Below are positions 1 through 14,269 of a DNA stretch of 64,000 nucleotides, piece after piece. A program made the translations under genes and the position numbers. Positions within the stretch are counted from its first letter, which is position 1. Each line of letters opens with the position of its first letter. The stretch is from NCBI GenBank assembly GCA_050273025.1, contig CP158636.1:7378001-7442000 (forward strand), in the 5' to 3' direction. The notes below the pieces were generated by a model that saw only the letters and a program-made list of their open reading frames with translations, did no database searches and was not told the DNA's origin. Origin of the DNA: Cenococcum geophilum (lineage: Eukaryota).

Positions 1-2949
1 TTTCGGTTCCTTACGGGGTTCTAGTTTTTAGGCACTTAGTATACCCTCTTATAAGAATTATAGTAGAAAGGCCTTAACTATAATTTTAAAATCTACTATA
101 CACTCTTAGATAGAACACGGCTATTATAAATAAATATATCTAATATATAGGAGCTTTATCTTTAAACTCTAATTAATAAAAAGCTTTATAAGGATAGAGG
201 CTGTCTCCAAAAGTTTCTAGCATACTAACGATTGTATATAAGACTTTAACTATTTACAGCAGATACTAATAAGAGGTTATTAAGGAGTGAGGAAGCTATA
301 GATCTGGCTATAGAAGAGGCGTAAGACTAGCTTTAAGGCGGACAGTATAAAGAGATAATAATCCTTGAGGACAGGATTACTATACATTTTAGTACTAATA
401 GACTCTCGTCTTTAATGCTGGAAGACAGTACAAATCTATAGTTATTTATAACTAACCTACGGGGAATAAAGCGGGAAGATACAGATTAGGAGTTAGGACA
501 AGGCGTAGTAATAAGACATTAAATCTAAAACCTTGGTTTTAAGGGGAGAGACTAGTTTAAGCTATAATAATAAAATAGAAATAGGTCTAAGCTACTAAGC
601 ACGGACTGTTTCCATTAATTCTTCACTCCGTAGTAGTAGAAGGTAAAAGCGTAACACTTAAGGGAACAATTAACGCTTAAAACTAACGACAATATAAGCG
701 TTTATATGCCACTATATCTACGTAGAGTATATAGTAAGTCTCTTAGTCAGCCGCTAACCAGGCAGTTACTGAGATATTATAGTAGGACTTTACCTATTTA
801 GAAAGCTACCCTTGCTATAAATCGTGCGATTTTCCGCCATAGCTTCCCAATAAGCACTGTTTGCAACTATCTATAAACGTATTATATAATTTGACTGGCA
901 TAGCCAGTTTACTAACAACCGCCTAGGGATGGCCCGCATAGAATAATCTGTCCAGTTTTCCAGCTATAATCCCAGACGATTCACTGCTGCAGATATAGCC
1001 TGCTATTAAAGATTAAAATGTTTTATTCGAGCTATTAAGTAAGGAAGAGGGACTTAAGGAACTTAAGTAAGCTATTTTAGGGCTTTAAAATAGAGCAGAG
1101 AAACTTAAAGGGCTTTTTATAAACCTATAGAATGATTTTAGGAGCTTTTAGAATAATTTTAGGAACTAGCAGAATGAGTAAGTCTCTATATAGGTGGGAA
1201 GTTTTTAAACGCAGCTAATATATGCTTATAAATTAGAGGAATAGAAGATAAGGTAATAGTTTAGGACCTACTAATAGTTCAATTTCTAACAATGTAATAG
1301 GTTTTATTAGAAGATCGATGCTTCTATTAAAAAGTTAAAGGTATAGATAGCAGAATTTAAGCGGACTGTAGATAGCGTAGTAGGAGAGCTTAAAGATAGC
1401 ATAAAGTCAAAGTAGCTGGGTTATTTAGGGATAGTTTACGCTATTACTAGCCGACAGTTTATTAGTTACTCTAAGTGGAATTTATATAGCGAGCGACTAT
1501 TTATTAGTATAGGACTCTGTAGAGATAGAGGAATATATCTACTATATCTCTTTTCCATTCTAATAAGGTGCTTAACTGCCTAACCCTAGTAGGAATATAT
1601 GGGCAACGTTCTTAGTTAAGAGAAGTCTATTTTTAGGACCGCTTATTTTTAGGAGCAGAATAGGCTATCCTTATATAATTAAGCTCTAGGCTCTATATAA
1701 CTGGCTGCTAGAACGTATATAGCTTAAATAACAACCCGCCTTCTCTTACCCCTATTATTACTCGGTTACTATTTAGCACCTCTTGAAATTTGCAAGTACG
1801 CGCACTATATTAATTTCTTATACAATATACTATGTTTTACCTGCATTGCGGCTGCTTAGAAAAGCCTTTATTAAAAAAAGAAAAAGGGTTGCCTAGCGTC
1901 TCTACTTATCTCTCTAATGTAGTTAGAGGAGTATATAAGAAATCTAGATTAAAGAGATTTAACGTCCGTCCCTGGGTTAAGAGACGTACCCCGTTAAGAG
2001 ACAAATTTGCGGTTTTAACCTTTAAAGTCTCTCACTCGGGAGTTAATAAAGTCATACTTAATGTCTTCTTGTTTTTCGGCTATTTCTTTATATAGAAACC
2101 ACTCTATAGCGAGAAAATAACTATAGTCGGTTATGCTATTAATCGTCCTATTAGTGGCGTCAAGAGCTACTTTAGCTGTTCCCCCCTACTCTATTATAAC
2201 TATGGGCCTAAGTATGAATTTTAAGGTCCTAGATTAATAGCTCTATTAAAAAAAATATATAATTTAAAAGTTTTAAGACACTCTGCTTTCATAAATATAC
2301 ATTTAGGGAATTTCGCTAGGCGGAGGAGGGGTGTCTACTAAGGCGTGATGATTTAGTACGTATTAATGTGTATTAGTATGCTTATATTAAACTATATTTT
2401 TATAGTATTAATTTTAACACTATCCTATTTTTAGAATATATTTTAGCATCATTATAGCGCACGCAATCTCTTCCCCGCTTCCTATTATTAAATATTTTAA
2501 ATATTAACTACTACCTTAAAACCTTCTAAGAACGTCTACAAATATTTATTAAATTACACTGCGAGAGTATAATAAATAAGATATACCACTATATATCTTT
2601 CCCTAAAAAGTATGCGTGTAACTATATAGTCGACTATAAGATCTAGGACTATTACCTAAACGCACTAGATAGCGAAACTCCTTACTTAGACTAAAAGCTA
2701 ATAAAGGGTAAAAACGGAGCAATTATGTAATTAGGTAGTTCCTTAGCAAAAGGGAATTACCCTAACTGCACCTAATAGTATATTTAACGTTAAGTATGCT
2801 TATTAACGTGCTAATCTCTAAACTTATAAGACCGCCGCGAGTAACCTAAATGCCGATATCATAAAGGCTAATACTGCTATTTTAGAGAGATTGAAGGATT
2901 TGGGAGTGATTTAACGGCTCTCTAGACTTATTATTAGCAACGAAGTTTT

Positions 2950-3740
2950 TAGCAAAAATAATATACCTTTGAATTTTTCTGTAACTTTATCTGCACTATA
3001 GTAATTTCCTTCCTAGTAGTTTATAATAATATAGCCTATAAGACCTAAGTGTTCCGTATTAGGGAATTAATGGCTTTTAAATAACTCTTTAATCTCTTTA
3101 TTAGTCTAACTATTAAAAGGAGTCTGGCCACTCGCTACCTTATATAGGGTGGATTTAAGGGCGAAGATATCTGCCTATACCGACAGTAGCTCTCTGGGGT
3201 ATTAATAACTATAAGCTATAGTAATAAGGAGAGCAGAGCCATCTAAAGATAAGCTACTAAAGTCGGCGACTTTTGTATATAAATCTTGGTCTAAGAGAAT
3301 ATTACAGCATTGCAGGTCCCTATGGATTACGCCGTTTAAATGGATAAAAGCGACCGTATCCGCAATTTCCTATCCCTATTAAAGCTGCTATTCTAAAGTA
3401 ACGTTGTCCTTATAATCCCGAAGATGGGCTCGGAGATTATAATTACTTATAAACTTAAGCCGAATACTAGCGTTGTAACGCCCTCGATATTGTAAAAGCC
3501 CCGCATTGCCGCTACGTTCGTTAAAGCGCTCGTATATGGCTCTTTTAATAAGAATTGCATCGTCGTTTTTGAAGTAAGGGATCTTAATAACACTCCCCAA
3601 TAAGGCGTCTAGATAGACAAAGCCAAAGCTTCCCTAGTTTACTAAATTATCTCTTATACAGCTCTTTGGCTATCTAATTTACATTTCTAGGGGCTCTTAA
3701 ACCGCGGTATTGTATAAAAGACGTTAGGTGGAACATGGAT
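2950..3740 (-). pseudogene. Protein kinase-like pseudogene
   Basis: The minus strand reads VAFIHLNGVIHRDLQCCNILLDQDLYTKVADFSSLSLDGS (catalytic loop and DFG region) at ~3235-3355. ORF 3388-3600 is its N-lobe. Ends are approximate. Confidence 0.8.
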
Positions 3741-4400
3741 TAAGTAGAGTTATACGGTCATTTATTACTAAGGGGCGGCTTGTTAGGACCGGAGTTGTTT
3801 TGGGTTCTTAGCTATATTCTAGTAAAGTGCTTCGCCATATTAGCGCCGTTAAATTACGTGATAAGGAATTGACTTTATGGTTAAGTCTCCCACGTTTATA
3901 GCTGATTTATATTGACTCGTACCTAAAACAGCATTATAGATTTATTAGTTCTTTCTAAGTTTAATCTACTAACGCCTCTATTAATATTTACGAGACCCTA
4001 TTGTAAAGAGTAGGCTCTATCTCCTGTATATTAAGTCTCCCCGCACTCCTAAGGGTTTATAAAGCATAGACTAGGGTTACACAACTCCTTAAAGTGTGAT
4101 TTGCTCGTTCCTAAGCTATGGCTTGCAGCCCTATGCGCGTGTTATTAATTAAACATTTAGAGTTAGTATAGAAAATTCAAGGTTCGCTAAGGATATTGGA
4201 ACTCTCGTAGCTTTCTGCTCCTTAATTGCCGCCTAGTACGGCCTTAAAAATCTAAGGATTTGGAAACTAGGGTGGCTAAAAATGGATATGCCTAAAATAG
4301 GCTATTCTTTAGGGTCTAGCTCGGTCCCTAACTCCGCGCCGTCCTTTACCTGCCTTACCATCATTTATTCCCTCCTATCGCTATTACTATAGTAAGCTAA

Positions 4401-5175
4401 TATGGACTGAGCTAGTTAAGTACTAGTATAAGGAGTGCCTTCTGGCATTTTTAAATCATACCGTGCACTAGCAGATTATAGGAAAGTTCCTTATACTACC
4501 CTCCATCATCATACAAAGGGACGACAGTCGATTAAAGAGAAGGCTAAAAGCCAAGAGTATTTCAACCTATATAAAGATAAAGCCGTTATAGATTTCTTAT
4601 TGCAAATATCTTATCTTAGATAGCTAGTACGGATAAAGTATATACCTTTAATAGCCTTTCTTGCCACCTATAACCGGCTGATATAAAAAAGACCATGCAA
4701 ACCCCTAGGCAAGAATTGGGCCAAGGCCCTAGAAAATCGTTATCTAGAACTCAAAGCAAGAATAGTTAAGGCGCTGGACTAGAACCGTTACGAGAAAAAC
4801 ATCTAAGAAGATCATAGACTGGTTTAAGAAGATTGGGCAGGTATTATAAGATCTAGCCATTCTGGCAGAAAATGTATACAATATGGATAAGACCGGAGTA
4901 ATACTATCTATACTAGGCTCCGTCAAGGTCCTTATAGGTAAGGACGATATATAAGACTATAGAGGTGCGCGTATCAAGCGAACGATGGTCACCGCGATTG
5001 AATGCATTAGCGCTAACGGTAGGTATTTAACACCTATGATTATTTGGCCTACCACCACCTATTAAAGTAACTGGACCACGTTTTAAACCCCTAGATAGCA
5101 GTATACGTGCTCCGAATCTAGATATACCAACTCTAAGATCAGCTTGGAGTGGCTTAAGCGTATATTTAATCCCTA
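4401..5175 (+). pseudogene. Fot1/pogo-family DDE transposase, N-terminal half (truncated)
   Basis: Reads KSYRALAD..VP..TLHH (HTH), GKNWAKALENR, AENVYNMD(E)TGV, VTAIECISA(D)GRYLTPMIIWP and ISLEWLKRIF(D)P. It stops abruptly at ~5175. Confidence 0.9.
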
Positions 5176-8173
5176 TATATATAATTTTCTATTTAGCAAA
5201 GCTTATAAGCTTTAGATTAACTTTAATCTTTAATTTAAGTAAAAAGATAAATTCTGGAACGCGGCTATTTTATTTTATTGTATCTAACACAAAGTACCTA
5301 TAATTTATCTCTTTATAGGGTGCGTCTCTCAACTAAGGGACGGACGTTAAAGTTTTAGGCCTTTATAATGTAATATATCGGAAGCATGCCTATAAACTAT
5401 TAAAGCAATTACTAATAAAGAGATAAAAGTTGCTAGCCCTTAAAGCAATATTAATATAGCTAAATCCATCCACCTAGACTATATCCTAAATCTTTAGTAG
5501 ATTCTATCCTAATTCCCTAGAACGCAAGCCAGTCTCGCTTAGCCGCTATTTTCTTATAAGTGTATTTTTTAAGCGTATTGTATATTAACTAAACAGCTTT
5601 ATAGGCCTTCTACAGTAGATTAAGTATAGAATATTAGTATTCCTAATAGCGTACAAGACATCGCTATAAGAGGAAATTCTCCCTTATAAGCCTTTTAAGA
5701 GTCTCTAGTTAGTCCCTTTTCTAAAACTCTTTTACCCTTTTTATTAAGGTTTTAATAGAGAAAGTTTCATTTAGGGTAAAGGGTTGTATAGTTAAAATCT
5801 CAGTTTTATAGCTAGAGTTAGTGTCTATATTATCGTTTATAAGATAAGTAGGGGTATACTTTAATAGTAATATAGCGGAAAACATTACTAAGTGCTAGTT
5901 TTTAGGCGGGAAACTTAGGGACCTAAAATGTGTCCCTTTTGCTATTATTATCTAGGACCTACTTCCGGCTAAGGACCTGGTTTTGGGCCTGTTGATATAT
6001 AGAATAACAGTACTCCTAGCAATATGCCCTCTATATTAGGTCTATTTCTAAAATAGCAACTATTATTTATAAGGCGCCTCTGCCTTTTAATAGTCTATTT
6101 AAGCGTGCTTTTATTATAATTAATTTTTATATCTTTAGAAACACTACTAAGCTAATCTAAGCCATTTCGATTTAGAAGATTAATTACTACTTTGACTGAA
6201 AATTAAATAAATTAGTATATTCTATGGATGCGGTTATGCGCTAATATGGCCTAAAAAGAGCTCTCGTGGGCCTATGTCAGAGGATAAGCCGATTTACTCC
6301 CCTCGTATTATAAAAAGAATATAGGAGAAATCTTCTACTAATAGAGATAAGGCAACTGTGGTGCGCTTTTGTAAGCCTAGTTAAATCTATTTTAAAAGAC
6401 CTGCCGTACTGTTATTAGAACCTATAGTGATGGAAGATCTAGCTAGCAATACTAGGGAAGAGTAAAAAGGATATCTCCTTGTAGGTTAAGGGGATTAGCC
6501 TTATATAGTGCGCTAAATATCTATTTATCTTTATTTATAAATCTAAGGATTATTCCTAAATTATATTACTTAGATATAGTGATCTTATTAAATCTAAATC
6601 TACTTCGTATTAGATCTAATACAAAGTTATACCTCTTTAGGTAGGTTTCTAGCTAATATAAAAAGACACTAAGCCTAAAGCAATTTGGACTAAAGTAGAT
6701 CTGAGGCTAAATTTACTCCACTCTTATCTAATAAGATCACTGCTTAGATAATACGTCTATAACGGCGTCGCTTACGATATAAATAGAGTGGTACTCTACT
6801 AATAACTAATAAGTTTAATAGTAATCTTCTAGCGTAAAGTAAGTGCTAATAAATAATTCTAATTGATTGCATTATCGCCTTTACCTTTATATATTTATAT
6901 ACAAAGCAGTAAAGTAAGAAACCATATTAGCGCTAGATTAGGACTATAGCTATTTAAATAAAGATAGTAGATAAAAGCGCAGAAATATCTAGAAAGCCCT
7001 ATTTAGATAGGACACCTACTCTAATAAGAATACTAGGGTCTGTTAGTATAGGCGTTATAAACGGTTAAACTAAAGGTCTAGCAGTTGCGTTAAAGTTAAA
7101 GGATAAGTTGGCAGTATTTAGCGGGATTATAGTAATATTAAACTAAGAGGTTGCGGAGCACGTAGTAGGAGATCTATCCGTTTAATAAGGACTATAATAT
7201 ACTATTAAGGTTAAGTTTAAGAGAGAGGTACTTTTGGGCCTATAAAAGCTAGATATAATGGCGAAATTAATAAGGCTGATAATACTAAAGCCTAATAGAT
7301 TACCAATCTAGATTTAAATAGTCGCCTCTATATAAGGGTATGAGCTATTTACTAAAGGCAAAAGATAAAAAGGAGTTGGCGTGGGTTTACTAGCAAATGC
7401 AGTTATAGCTAAGGCGATACTACTAAGGTTTTAATTTTGAGCTAAACCTAGCCCGGTAGAAAATATAAAAACTTATATAATAGCAAGTAAATATATAGCC
7501 TTTTTTATTATTATGGAACTTGCTAATATAAGTATAGGAGTGACCGCATTTATATAATTGCCCTAGATGTCCTAAAAACATAAAAGGGGTTTAAAATATA
7601 GTCCTTGCGTAGGATAGTAAAGCTGACCCTTAGAGTATAGGTAACTAATTATAGCTAATAAAAGCCGCTTTTTAGTCCCTCTTATATAGAGCCCAAAAAT
7701 AGGCCTCAGACTAGGTAGCCTCTTTTCGGTCTTTAGAGTTCCGAATGCCAAAAAGAAGTATAAAAGGACGGTGCTTTATAGTAACTACATCCTATATACC
7801 CTGAAATCGTTTTACGTTCTTTTACTTAAATCGCTTATAGATTTTAATTAGCTAGCCTGATTTTATAAACTAGATAGTCTAAGGCATGCCTTATTTACGT
7901 CCCCTATTACTTAATATTAAGCAAGCACAAGCCTTAAACTCGTCCGCTATATAATCTGCTAGTAAATAAACTAGTGGATGTTAAAGCGCACGTCTTAGTG
8001 GGGAGCCTACTTCGCGGTTGCTGTGGGGCCACGATCTACTACTAAGAAGAGGCTTAGTGCCTTAGGCGCGAGGTCGTTAATCTAATATCACTTCTTATTT
8101 TAACTCTATACTATCCCTAAGATAAAGTAATTTACTAATTTACGAGGAGTGTACTAGTTAAACTCCTATATAT

Positions 8174-11010
8174 ATAAGTGCCATAACCGTAAGAAATATA
8201 CTACCACCACCTTGTTTTCCCCCATGATAATCTACAAAGTCTACTTCTATTCCTACTGCTGTTATAGCTATTATATCTGCCTCTAAGCGCTTATAATAGC
8301 CACTAGAACTTTCTAATAGGCCTTCCTCTAGTGAGAACGCTACTCCGACTCCCTTTAGCCAGCAGTAAGAATAGTTGTCGCAACCTATAGAATCTGGCAC
8401 CTTATCCACTTTAGTGGGTAAATAGCAATCGCCTCCTAGAGATACAATTTCTAGAGGGTCTCCTAATATCCCCTTATCTCCGTTAACTCTATAGCAATAA
8501 CCCGCAGAATTAATTAAGTCTACTTTAATCCCCCAACAACCTTAGCAGCTAGTGTTAGTAGAAACTCAATCTTAGCCACTAACCCCTAAAGAGGAAACTA
8601 TAAACCAGCTGCCTAATATATTAGACCGACCTTTTAATTCACCTCTATGGTAGGCACTTAGCCCTCTATAGAAAGTCTGTATAAGGTAGCAAGAAGCACT
8701 AGAAAAAGATCGGAATAAACCTCCGTTATAGCTTTCCCGGTATATACTAATAGGAGTATTTTACTTAGCAGAAAAATCAGAGGCTTTTTATAACGTAGAA
8801 TTAATATATAGCTTTTATTATCAGGCTATAAGGGATTCAGTATAGATAGACGGAGATTCTAGATATATACGATGTAGCTATGCTATACACTAGGACTATA
8901 TTAAGCGTGGCGGTCTTAATAACGGATGCCCAGTTTATTCCACTTAGTCTATAAGTTTTGTAAGTCGTCCACTGGAGTTAGAAGTAAAGGATTATATAAT
9001 ATTAAATGAAATTAAGATGGAGTGCTTTATGTGTAAAAGTGGACTAACGTAGACTACTTAATTAGTAGTCTTACTATATAACTATAGGTTCCACTAAGAC
9101 TGTATTAAAGACGGCGGCTTGGTAAATGGGTGTCCTAAATATAGAAATTCGGTTCTAACGTACGGAAGTTAGCGCGAAGTTTATATACTATCCCCAACTC
9201 CTAGTAGAGCAGGCACTCCCCCACCACCTCCTAATATAGGAGGTACCGCTTTACCACCTCCTTGTGGAGAAAGTGCTATAATAAGGAATTAAGACAGGGA
9301 TAGATTACTTAGCGAGTTATTTCACATTCATCCTAAAATTTGGTATATCTTTAAAGAAGAGAAACAAAGATTATAAGAAATTTAGGATATAGCTAACTTT
9401 AATTTAGATAGATAGCTAAATAATTTCCGTACTAACTATATAGATCCCGGAAGTAGTATAAGCAGCATTTTAATATAATAGCATTTCTCCGAATATAACC
9501 TAGATCTTAATATATAGGATCCTCAAGTCTAGGATGTAGGGAGAGACTAGCGTAACACTACTTTCTATAACGCAATTATTACTATAATTACCTCCTTAAT
9601 AAATAATAATCCGGATAAAGGTAGCGCAAGGCTTGCATTTTATAACGCGAACCAAATTAGGTCTTAAGATACTAGCAATGTATTTTATTCTAACTTTTAG
9701 TTACCCCATAAAAGGATATATAGGAGAGCCACCACAGATAACAATTGGCAGAAAGTTAAATCGTATATAGTTAAATACATTTACAAATTCCACAATTATC
9801 CTATTATAGAAACGCTTTACTGCACGCTTAAGCTAACTTAAGAGGATAATAATAATAATAGAGAGTCTAGCGGAAATGTAATACTATAAGAAAATGGTAG
9901 CTAAGAGCAGCGTAGCGGTAATAGAACCTTAGGGAACGCTAGTAATACTATTCTACCTATAGAAGGCAATAAAAATAAAGGCGGAAACTAGCCCCCTAGT
10001 GGCACAGTCCTAACTATAAAAGGTAACAATAATAGAGACGGAAGCCAGCCCCTTAATAGTACAATTCCATCTATAGGAGTTAATTAACCCCTAAACATTT
10101 TATCTACTAGGCCTAAACTATATACGTCTAGAGGATAGGTATATAACAATAGAGTTAAAAAGGAGATCGTAGGCTATAGACTATACGCTAGTGGATATTA
10201 ATTGCTTCTATAGACCCCTGCTCCCTAAGGGGGTTATTTAAATTATAAATTAGTTGCAGTATATCTTCTAGAAGGGGACGCTGTTATTAAGGGATATAAG
10301 GAATATATAACCGATTAAAGAAAACAGCTATTTCTCTTTAAGGAGAGCAGTATTAACCTCCTAAGAACTAAAACTAAAGTGGAGATAACTATTACGGGCT
10401 AGAGCGTTTTTAGACGCTATACTACTCCTCTATCTAGAGGATATTTAAACGCACTAATATAATATTTAAGGCTGAAATTTTCAGGTAAGCCTAGAACACA
10501 TTAGTATGCTAAAGGTATACTAGAGAGATATTATAATCATCCCTAGGTTAAGAGTCTCCTATAAGGCCTCTACCGCAAATCTAGAATTTCGCTTTTAGTA
10601 TTTACTCCTTCCAAAACACGGGAGAGAGTTATAAGACGTAGACGTTAGAATGCCACTACTAGAATAATAGGAGCTTAAGCTTCTCCGCCTTACTATATAA
10701 CCCCTCTACTAAGTACTAGCTATACCGCGCCTATTAGCCTAATAGCTATAGGACCTAATAACTAGCCTCTATATTTAAATACAACCCCTCAGCCTCCCTA
10801 CGCAACTCCTCTACTAGATACTAGCAATTAACCTCCTTTATAAGCTACTAATCTAGCTAGTTTAGGAGGATCTACTATTAAAGAACAACTTTTATATCTT
10901 AAAGCGATAATTACAGAATTATTAAATGCGCAGCGTGGATAGAATAGGTAGATACGTAACTTTAGAAAGTACGCGGTTACGGGGCTGCCTTTAATCTGCT
11001 TTAAATATTA
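8174..11010 (+). pseudogene. Double RING-finger (RING-H2-like) protein, copy 1
   Basis: De-RIP readings are CSHAIHQDCIKRGGLNNGCPVC (~8870-8940) and ECFMCKSG...VLPCNHRFHQDCIKDGGLVNGCPKC (~9020-9145). It is paralogous to 13429-16290. The start ATG is inferred from ATA. Confidence 0.7.
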
Positions 11011-14000
11011 CTTATTATAAACTGGCTTTAATATAGGGATAGATAGATAAAGAAAATAATAAAATTGCCTAATAAGATTTGCGTCGACTGCCCGTATACA
11101 GTAAGGCCTTATATTAGAATTAGTTTTATTCTATTTAGGCTCTTTTAATTTTCTTTAATTGATTAACTGATTCTCGCTTTATACTCCTATTAGAATTCGC
11201 GCGTTAAATTATTTTTTACGGGTCCTTTAAGCTTAGCTATTCTATTTACCTTACTTAATACTTATTATCGGCAGGATTTTATTTTTATACATAGAGAGAA
11301 ATAGAATGTTTATTTGTAGTTTAACTTAAAAAGCAAAAAACTAATGTCATTATAATCCCCTCGAATATTCATTTTCTAAGGACAAAAGTATAGGTATATT
11401 TGCCTAAAAAGCCGGCTAAGGAAATCTTATGTCGCTAACGTTTACGCGGAATATAGGGTTTAGGCCAAGCCGCCTTCCCTAATCTAACTTCCTTCCTCAT
11501 TATAGAATACACTCTCATTACTTAGCTTATATCCTTTAGGCGTGACTCTACCACTAGCTGCTCGCGTTTACAATTAGGGGCATGGCTAAGTAACCAGTTT
11601 AGTGGACCTATAAACGCCTATAGTTTAATTAGGCTAAGGCGGGAGTGTATATAAGTGCTCTTAGAAAGCCCTCTTTAGTATACTGTTAATTTAGTTAAGG
11701 TATAAGCTGGCTTAGCCCAATGCTATTTTTAGACCTCCTTGGCTTCCAAAATAGTCACCAAATATTTTAGAAATTTAAAGAATGGTAGATATAGTGGCGC
11801 GGGAGTAAAGGGGAAATGCTAAGTCTTATATTATCCTTCGCTAAGAGATCCCAGCCTCCTATTCTAAGGAAATGCCCAGACGCTATACCTAAAATCGTCA
11901 AGCTATCTAACATTACCGATTACTTCTTAAAATAGCTCAAGTTTATATAAGTTCTTGACCACTCTTGCTAAATAAAGGAAGTTTAATTTGGGCCCTATTC
12001 CTCTTGGCTATTTATAGGTCTTTTCTTATCTAAAAGGGCTATATTTCGGTTCCTTACTAGGTTTTAGTTTTTAGGCACTTAGTATATCCCCTTATAAGGA
12101 TTATAGACCTTAAATCTAAAACCTTTATTTAAGGCGGAGACTAGTCTAAGCCGTAGTAATAAAAGAGGGATAGGTCTAAGCCACTAAGCACTAACTATCT
12201 CCTTAGTTCTTTACTCTGTAGTAAGGTAAAAGTATATATTTAAGGGACGGTTAGCGCTTAAAACTAGCAAAATACAACTATTTATAACTGCTATTGTTTA
12301 CGTAGAGCATATAGCGAGTTAGTTAGTCACCAGTTAGGCAATTACTAAGATATTGTAGTAGGACTTCACCTACTTAGGAAGCACCCGGTAATAGATTGTG
12401 CAATTTTTTACTATATTTTCTCAATAAGTAGCGTTCGCAGCTTCTACTAAATCTACCCACCTAGATTAAATCCTAAACCTTTAGTAGATTCCCTCTTAAT
12501 TCCCCAGAACGTAAGCCAATCTCACTTAGCTACTATTTCCTTATAATTGTATTTTTTAAGCACCTTTTATATTGACCGGATAGCTTTATAGACCTTCTAT
12601 AGTAGATTAAGTATAAAGTACTAGTGTTCCTAATAACGTATAAGACATTACTATAAGAGGAAGTTCTCCCTTATAAGCCTTTAAAGAGTCTCTAGTTAGT
12701 CTCTTTTCTAAAATTCCTTAGCCCTTTATATTAAGGACTTAATAGAGAAAGATTTATTTATAGTATAGGGTTCTATAGTTAAAACCTCAATTTAGTAGCT
12801 AGAATTAGCGTCTATATTATAGTCTATAAGACAGGTAGGGATACACTTTTAATAGTTATTTAGTGGAAAACACTTTAGGCGGAGAACCCTAGGACCTAAA
12901 CATATCCCTTTTTACTATTATTATCTATAACCCACTTCTAGTCCCAAGGACCCTATTCTAGAGTAGCTAACGCGCGGACTAGTAGTGCCCCCAGTTATCT
13001 CTATCTTAGGTCCATTTCTAAAACATCAACTATCTACATTCTAGCCACTCTAGTGTAGAGCCTAAAAATAAGCCTTAAACTAGGTAACTACTTTCATCCT
13101 CTAAAGTCCTAATAATGTAGAAAAAGGGGTATAAAAGGAATAATGCTTTATTAACTACGGTAATTACATCCTATATATTTACTTTAAAATCATCTTACTT
13201 ATAGCGTTCTATTAGCTGGCCTAATATTACTATAGCTAGCTTCTCTAGAGCATACCTCCCTAGCTGCGACTAATTAATACTAATTAAGTACCCTTAAGTC
13301 CTAAATAATAAAGCGCACGTTTAAGTGGATAGGAGGCTCCTCCTAACCCGTGGACTCTCTTAACTAGTAGAAGAAACTCAATAGCAAGAAGCCTAGTAAG
13401 AAGTCCAATAAGACAAACTCCTACGAATATAAGTGCCGTAACTGGAAGAGGCGTACCGCTACTACCTTTCTTTCCACTACCGCCTCTTAATCCTACTTCC
13501 GTTCCTATTACTGCAGCCACTATACCTAAGGACTTATAACAGCTACTAGAGCCTAGTAAGTCTTCTTCCTCCCCACTATAGGGGGAATCCTCTAGTAAAA
13601 ACGCTACTTCTTTACCTTCCTTACCTTTACAGCAACCTAAAACCCAATCTTAACCACTAAGCCCTAGAGAAGCTGCCGAGCCTAATATATCTTCCACTTC
13701 GTCCCCCCTATAAGTTGGCCCTCTACAGGAGGTCTATATAAGGTAGGAAGAAGTATTAAAAAAAGATCGGAATAAGCTTCTATTATAACTTTTAGAGGAT
13801 ATGTTAAAATAAGTGTTTTATTTAGTAGAACTAATAGGATCTGGTAGTTACTTTTCCTAATATAGCTCTTGTTATCGGGTTATAAGGAATAAGGTCGAGA
13901 ATAGTTAATCTATAAACATATAAAATAGATATATACGCTATAGCCATATTATACACTAGGACTATATTCAGCGCAGTGGCCTTAATAACGGATGTCCAGT

Positions 14001-14269
14001 CTATCCCACCTAGATTGCTAGATTTTAGACTTATTTCCTAAATAGAGACTAGGATTTTGTTAGGGATGGAATGGAATACCTTATATACTAAAATGTGCTG
14101 ACGTGGAGAGGTTAAATAGCAGTCTTACCTTGTAACTATAGGTTCCACTAAAACTGTATTCCGCTTAGTAGCTTAGTAGCTAGGTATCTAAAGTGCAGCC
14201 TTTTAGTCCCAACTTATGGATGCTGGCGTGAAGTTAGCCTATAGTCTAAATCTCCGCCTAATTGGAATT

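Larger units (their letters stand above)
1962..5347. mobile_element. pogo/Fot1-Pot2-like TIR element (TA target site) carrying a kinase pseudogene and a nested transposase fragment
   Basis: Ends are TA|ACGTCCGTCCCTGGGTTAAGAGACGTACCC and GGGTGCGTCTCTCAACTAAGGGACGGACGT|TA. The same left end and subterminal sequence recur at 24524. Confidence 0.75.
1..11370 (+). repeat. Copy 1 of a direct segmental duplication (paralogous to ~12045-16560), interrupted by insertions
   Basis: Matching blocks: 1-63 with 12045-12105; 520-870 with 12110-12445; 5461-6060 with 12448-13030; 7685-9200 with 13055-14250; 10120-11370 with 15390-16560. Confidence 0.85.
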
